This document shows, piece after piece, positions 59,307 through 64,000 of a stretch of 64,000 nt of DNA. The notes beneath the pieces were generated by a model. The model worked only from the letters and a program-made list of their open reading frames with translations. It searched no databases and was not told the DNA's origin. The stretch is from the IMG/VR virus record IMGVR_UViG_3300034280_000809, positions 5,343 through 69,342 of that record. One strand, given 5' to 3'. Position 1 is the first letter of the stretch. Every line of letters begins with the position of its first letter. The position numbers and the translations under genes are program-made. This DNA is from a virus.

Positions 59307-59525
59307 TTATCGGCAAGATTTCTTAAAGCGTTTTGCTTTATGAAAACAGCAATTGGTTTTTCCGCACAATTGGCCAGTAGATACTTCTACTTTCTTTTCT
59401 TTTGTAACTTCTTTGGTTACAGAAGCGGGTGCAGAACAAGAACCTGAGGGGCAAGAGCCACCGCGTCTAAATAGATCTGCGGGTTCTGCTGCCATCATCG
59501 CCACCGAAACTAAAACTGAAATCAT
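59307..59525 (-). CDS. Small secreted Cys-rich peptide
   Basis: Signal-like N-terminus, GGSCPSGSC; AAGGAG RBS. Confidence 0.6.
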   Translation of the reverse strand: MISVLVSVAMMAAEPADLFRRGGSCPSGSCSAPASVTKEVTKEKKVEVSTGQLCGKTNCCFHKAKRFKKSCR

Positions 59526-59557
59526 AACCGACTCCTTAAAAACTACTGGGGTAACTA

Positions 59558-59920
59558 CTACTCCTTAGTCATCCTTTCTTGAATGACCTGAACATAAGAA
59601 ATAATCTTTTCTTCACACTGCGTAATTGCTTTAAGACATTTTTCAATATTTTCTTGAGTCTCTGATATATTGTCAATTTGTTTGAATGTGCTTTTTTGAA
59701 GCGTCATTAAATCTTGACTAAATTTGTCCGCAGCTTTTAAACTTTTTTCAATGTTATCTAGAAATTCAATGTGTTTAGTTGTAACTGGAATTAGTATATT
59801 TTCTCCAAGCCAAATGATTACTTTGTAAGAAGCTATTGCAAAACTCATTAAAATAAAAGTTGGAATTCCAATTTTTTCTGCAATCACTATCCAAGATTGA
59901 AAGTCTTCCATAATAATCAC
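59558..59920 (-). CDS. Holin-like single-TM coiled-coil protein, paralog 2
   Basis: AEKIGIP TM helix; P.T.KHI.FL. Confidence 0.5.
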   Translation of the reverse strand: MIIMEDFQSWIVIAEKIGIPTFILMSFAIASYKVIIWLGENILIPVTTKHIEFLDNIEKSLKAADKFSQDLMTLQKSTFKQIDNISETQENIEKCLKAITQCEEKIISYVQVIQERMTKE

Positions 59921-60231
59921 CTTCGCCCAAAAGGTCTTTTTAATACTTTCTCTGAAAAATTTTGTGCATCTTGTCTTACTGTTGGATTATAAGAACGCCA
60001 ATTAAGCAAGTGCCCCCAAACAAAATGACAATTACAAGGCCCTTCACAAAGGGTAATTAAATTATTTGGGCAAAGTTCTAAATCTCTATCTAAATGCACT
60101 GGTATGCAATGATGTATCTCAAGGCGATCTTTAATTCCGCACACCGCACATACGGGATGCAATTTTAAAAAATCGTTCCTTACTTTAGTCCATAAACCCG
60201 ATCTTTTAAACTTCGGTTTACTAAAGTACAT
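59917..60231 (-). CDS. HNH endonuclease
   Basis: CAVCG, EIHH, NLITLC...CH...GH. Confidence 0.88.
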   Translation of the reverse strand: MYFSKPKFKRSGLWTKVRNDFLKLHPVCAVCGIKDRLEIHHCIPVHLDRDLELCPNNLITLCEGPCNCHFVWGHLLNWRSYNPTVRQDAQNFSEKVLKRPFGRR

Positions 60232-60565
60232 TTATAATAAACTTGGTTATTATGTTTATAATTACTAACAAAACAACACCAGACATTTTAGCTGGATCTT
60301 TACCTTCAATTGATCCTTGATTTGCAAGAACATTAGTTTCAAGAAAAGTTGCAGCATCTTCTTCAGTGTTAATAGAAATATTTGTTAGCTGCGTGTACGC
60401 TTCTAAAATACGGTCAGGAGAGTTTGAAGGTATTTGAGATAATGCGTAACCTAATAAATTCCAGCCTGCAAGCATAACATCAGACCAGTTTGATGTTTTT
60501 CCTCGTAGCTTGTCGACAATTATTAGAACTGCATCTGTAGGAAGTGTGTTTGGATAATTAATCAT
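60221..60565 (-). CDS. Hypothetical protein with C-terminal hydrophobic segment
   Basis: Coupled ORF. Confidence 0.55.
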   Translation of the reverse strand: MINYPNTLPTDAVLIIVDKLRGKTSNWSDVMLAGWNLLGYALSQIPSNSPDRILEAYTQLTNISINTEEDAATFLETNVLANQGSIEGKDPAKMSGVVLLVIINIITKFIINVL

Positions 60566-60845
60566 TAGGGTTATTCTCCTTGTTATTAATGCAAACTATT
60601 TTCGTAACCATACGCTGTTGGCAGTCTGCAATTTTTTGTATCGCAGAATCTATTTGGTCAAAATTCTTTTCAAGCTTTTCTAAAAAACAAATATGCCTTT
60701 CTGTAATAGGCATAAAAATATTTGATCCAGCCCACGCAATGCTTTTCCATAATCCAAAAAGTAAAAGGATTATAATAAAGCCGGGTAATCCAAGTTTTTC
60801 TGCTACTAAACCCCAGTCCATAAAGTAGTCCTTTAGAAATTCCAA
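60558..60845 (-). CDS. Holin-like single-TM coiled-coil protein, paralog 1
   Basis: AEKLGLP TM helix; P.T.RHI.FL. Confidence 0.5.
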   Translation of the reverse strand: MEFLKDYFMDWGLVAEKLGLPGFIIILLLFGLWKSIAWAGSNIFMPITERHICFLEKLEKNFDQIDSAIQKIADCQQRMVTKIVCINNKENNPND

Positions 60846-61837
60846 GATATGGTTTGAGCTGGAAACCCTTGAAACTGAGAAAAAGCAAAGACTTCATCTC
60901 TACAGATAAATTCCATTTCTTTCTTTTTAATCCAAAATCCTCCTGGCGGTTCGTTAAATGAACCTGCAGGAACTCCGTGAAGTTCTTTTCCCCAGCTATT
61001 TAAAATGTAAAATATATCACCATGCTCAGGATGCTTTATCCATCCAATACAACACATTTGATGCCCCCATGAATCATTTCTTCGTTGAACAACTCGTACA
61101 GGAGGTGTACCAGAAACTTCTGGAATCATCGGAGTAAAACCAAACATAGAAGCACATGTCAAAGGATAGTAATTTCTTAATGCAGCAATTGCGTCGTCTG
61201 CACTTCTTATCCTTGCTGTTGTTTTAACAAGATGTTTTCTACTAAGATTTAACCATTTTTCATCTATTTTGCTTCCACGAGACCATTCTAACTCAGCTTC
61301 TTTTCCCCAAGTTAAACCATCTCGATTTGTAGGTTGAGGTAAACCTTCTAGATTAAATGGTATGACTCCATCTTTAGATATAGCTAACGCTGCTGAAGAA
61401 CCAAAAGAACCTTCTCCATGATTGTCCATACCAGCATACATACGCGAACGTCCGTAAGGCAGTAACCAAAAAGGCATTAAAACTTGTTCAGGGTCTTTTA
61501 ACCGATGGACTTCTACGGCTGAAAGATACCAGAGAGCTTGCCCTAATCCGTTACCAACGCAAGATCCTGTTTGTTGATGAAATACTGTAAAGTGTTTTCC
61601 GTTGTTTGCTTTTAAAGAAAAATCCCATAAGAATGCTCGGTCTTTAGGTTCTTCTTCTCCTTCAATACTAAACGAAGGCATTTCCCTTTGATACGTTGCG
61701 TCAAGATTTGTTTGCTCTTCTGATCTTTCTTCTGATGAAATCCAACCAAAATTCCAATAAGATTCATTTCCGTTAATAGCTATTTTGCCACCAACACTTT
61801 TTAACATTTCAATTTCTTCTTCAGTATAAAGATTCAA
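60833..61837 (-). CDS. Papain-like (C1) cysteine peptidase
   Basis: Q..GSCVG, GHQMC, ILNSWG catalytic motifs. Confidence 0.85.
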   Translation of the reverse strand: MNLYTEEEIEMLKSVGGKIAINGNESYWNFGWISSEERSEEQTNLDATYQREMPSFSIEGEEEPKDRAFLWDFSLKANNGKHFTVFHQQTGSCVGNGLGQALWYLSAVEVHRLKDPEQVLMPFWLLPYGRSRMYAGMDNHGEGSFGSSAALAISKDGVIPFNLEGLPQPTNRDGLTWGKEAELEWSRGSKIDEKWLNLSRKHLVKTTARIRSADDAIAALRNYYPLTCASMFGFTPMIPEVSGTPPVRVVQRRNDSWGHQMCCIGWIKHPEHGDIFYILNSWGKELHGVPAGSFNEPPGGFWIKKKEMEFICRDEVFAFSQFQGFPAQTISWNF

Positions 61838-61838
61838 G

Positions 61839-62525
61839 TTACTCTCCTAACTTATCTAGAGTTTTCTTTATTTCCCCAAAAACGGAAAAGCATAATTCTT
61901 TTGTTTTTTGATCTAAGGCTTGACTTGAAACTCGTGGCAAAGTTTCATCCATGTAAGCGTTTAACTCTGCTCTTAATTCTGAAAGAATTTTATCTGCTAA
62001 AAGTGTTGTGGATATTTCAGCACCCGCTTTAAACAATTCCCCAATAGTTGTTATGTTTGCATCTAAAGAAAGTTTTTGGAGTTCTCCAAATAAAGTCTTT
62101 AATTGATTAAGTTGTATTTTTTTATCTGGACTGGTGTCTTTAATATAAAAAGGCTTGAGCCTTTTTTCTAGAACTGTAGGTTCTACAGGAACAGGTGTTG
62201 GTGTAGGAATAAAATCGTTTGGTTCAATTGTTACTAAACATAAATATGCAGGGGAGGGCTTACTGTCTTTAGCTGTCCAAGCTAATACTCTGTATTTGCC
62301 TGGGTTTAAAGTAAATAAAATTGCTGTTTTTTTATCTTTAAGTAAATCAAAAGGAAGAAATTGAATACCTGCGTCTACAATGTACCATTCAACATCAGTT
62401 ATTGCTTTAGAGTTAATCTGAATAAAGTCGCCAACTTTACCTTTTACCTCTTTGGGTAAATCTATGTCAGCACTGAATGCAACTAAAGGGGTTAATAACA
62501 AAACAAAAAAAGAAAAAAGTTTCAT
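61839..62525 (-). CDS. Secreted protein (signal peptide, Ig-like domain, PT linker, helical domain)
   Basis: Signal peptide ending AFSA; PGKYRV; PTPTPVP. Confidence 0.6.
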   Translation of the reverse strand: MKLFSFFVLLLTPLVAFSADIDLPKEVKGKVGDFIQINSKAITDVEWYIVDAGIQFLPFDLLKDKKTAILFTLNPGKYRVLAWTAKDSKPSPAYLCLVTIEPNDFIPTPTPVPVEPTVLEKRLKPFYIKDTSPDKKIQLNQLKTLFGELQKLSLDANITTIGELFKAGAEISTTLLADKILSELRAELNAYMDETLPRVSSQALDQKTKELCFSVFGEIKKTLDKLGE

Positions 62526-62797
62526 AGGTCTTCTCCTTAAGAGAAGTGATCCTATACCAAGAGGTTATTTTACTCAACTGTCAGAAGGAGGTTGTGGTTG
62601 TTTTTCCATGTATTCTTGAATTAACTCTGTAAGGTCTTTAAACAAGCTTCCTAATTCAGAATCTTCTTCAACCATAATGTTGTGATGAACCGTAGATCCT
62701 TTATAAAGATACGAAGTATCTATGTTGTAACTAGGTTTTTGTTTACCTTTAAAAGCATAAGGAAAAGATAAAACAGTTAAATGCTTAATACTCATTT

Positions 62798-63298
62798 TTA
62801 AACTATACCTTCCAATTCTTCGATAGTTGTTGCAGCTTCAACATTTTTACGCTTTTGAGCAAAAGAACTAGACATCTCAGAACGGGCTGCCCCGTAGCGT
62901 AACATAAGTGTGGTCATCTCAGCAAAGGTTGCAAATTGAATACTAGAGTTGTCTATTGCAATGATAGCAGGGATAGGTAAGCCTAGGACAGAAGCTTCTT
63001 TAGCGAGAGTGTATACCCCAACTAAAAGAGCTACATCAGAAGGGGTTATACCTAAGTTAAATCCTTGACCAGAGTTCCAGCCTGTTTGTTCTAAAGCAAT
63101 CCATTGGTTGTTAATCTGCTGTAGTTTTTTATCTTTTTCAATAAGCAAAGGGTAGTCGGCAATTGCTTGATTAACTAAACTCAATTGTTCTGTTGTTGGC
63201 TCTGCAAGATAATCTACACGGTAACTTCCATCTCCGTTGTCGGAGATTCCTTGTATGGGAACAATAGAGTTAATTTTTTCGTGTAATACAATTAGCAT
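62798..63298 (-). CDS. Tail fibre-associated protein (DUF4376-like)
   Basis: C-terminal ATTIEELEGI motif; follows fibre gene. Confidence 0.55.
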   Translation of the reverse strand: MLIVLHEKINSIVPIQGISDNGDGSYRVDYLAEPTTEQLSLVNQAIADYPLLIEKDKKLQQINNQWIALEQTGWNSGQGFNLGITPSDVALLVGVYTLAKEASVLGLPIPAIIAIDNSSIQFATFAEMTTLMLRYGAARSEMSSSFAQKRKNVEAATTIEELEGIV

Positions 63299-63319
63299 TT
63301 TGATTCCTTTTAAATTAGC

Positions 63320-64000
63320 TTAACACCAAAAAGTACCTTCAAGAATCCCTTGAATATAATTAGAAGAAGCTTGACCGTATTCCATCATAGTTATGTAATG
63401 GTATCCTAACACCATACCTCTAGTTGAATAAGTTCTGCCAGCCCTGCTCGCTACATCTATTGTGTCATAACCGGGAGTGCCACCATCCCACGCAGCACCT
63501 TGGCTAGTAGCTGCTCCGCTTGAACCACAACCAAACCCAACAGATATTCCACGGTCCAACCCAACTACATAACCAATTCTTTGGTTAGCATCGTTGTTCC
63601 ACGCTCTCCATGCACCTGCGGTGTAAGTGTGCCCACCGTAACCGTAAGTGTTAAAAGTATCTTGATGAACTACAAGCTCTACTTGATTATTTAAATTCCA
63701 TAACAATCTATTGTTTTTACTGCTTGCAGTAGTGTTTGAACCAGTAGCTCTAAAAGTGCCTAAGTACCTTCTTGTTAAAGCACCAGATTTTAAATACACT
63801 CCGTTAGTTAAAACTAGAGCGGTGGCTCTTGCTGTGCTAGAAGACCATGCAGTTAGCTCTAATGTCAATGTTCCAGCATTGTTATATATAAACACATCGT
63901 AAAGCACATTGGTTGTTAATGAGCTTAAAGACAAAGTTCTTTCTGTAAAAGCAAAAGAAGTCCAACTTGATCCGTCATAAAGACTAATCATGTTACCATT
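63320..64000 (-). CDS. Tail fibre / receptor-binding protein, C-terminal part (truncated by window edge)
   Basis: YDVFIY...GTL.L....W, RRYLGT, LWN..N; frame open to 64000. Confidence 0.6.
   Translation of the reverse strand, partial: NGNMISLYDGSSWTSFAFTERTLSLSSLTTNVLYDVFIYNNAGTLTLELTAWSSSTARATALVLTNGVYLKSGALTRRYLGTFRATGSNTTASSKNNRLLWNLNNQVELVVHQDTFNTYGYGGHTYTAGAWRAWNNDANQRIGYVVGLDRGISVGFGCGSSGAATSQGAAWDGGTPGYDTIDVASRAGRTYSTRGMVLGYHYITMMEYGQASSNYIQGILEGTFWC

Noticed and set aside
1-64000. Alternative genetic code, retron or diversity-generating retroelement
   Set aside because: Core genes are intact in the standard code; no reverse transcriptase motifs or TR/VR repeat pair seen

Overview
Most of a tailed dsDNA phage genome (long-tailed, HK97-type head), AT-rich and probably temperate. 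All calls come from reading motifs by eye; no database searches were run. Layout: (1) 1-9.7 kb, minus strand: head-tail module (portal, protease/scaffold, major capsid, connectors, two paralogous tail-tube-like genes, tail chaperone with a -1 frameshift signal). (2) 9.8-35 kb, mostly plus strand: early/accessory block of orphans, a C5 methylase, a DnaQ-like exonuclease and PhoH, which separates portal from terminase. (3) 35-47.5 kb, minus strand: terminase, RuvC-like nuclease, PolA, primase-helicase, RecT-like. (4) 47.8-58.2 kb, plus strand: YqaJ, an origin-like spacer, MoxR/vWA, excisionase, attP (3' half of tRNA-Gln with arm repeats) and a tyrosine integrase. (5) 58.2-64 kb, minus strand: glycosyltransferase, holin-like pair, HNH, papain-like peptidase, tail fibre. 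The best candidate for a novel system is at 12.3-19.9 kb. It holds an 844-aa protein with YonO/RdRP-like two-barrel polymerase motifs but an unusual DQDD catalytic loop placed before the RxP motif. Downstream are structured non-coding spacers and four copies of a 19-bp promoter-like motif; upstream are a tRNA-like minihelix and duplicated leader hairpins. Also notable is a free-standing double intein with no host protein and apparently dead endonucleases.
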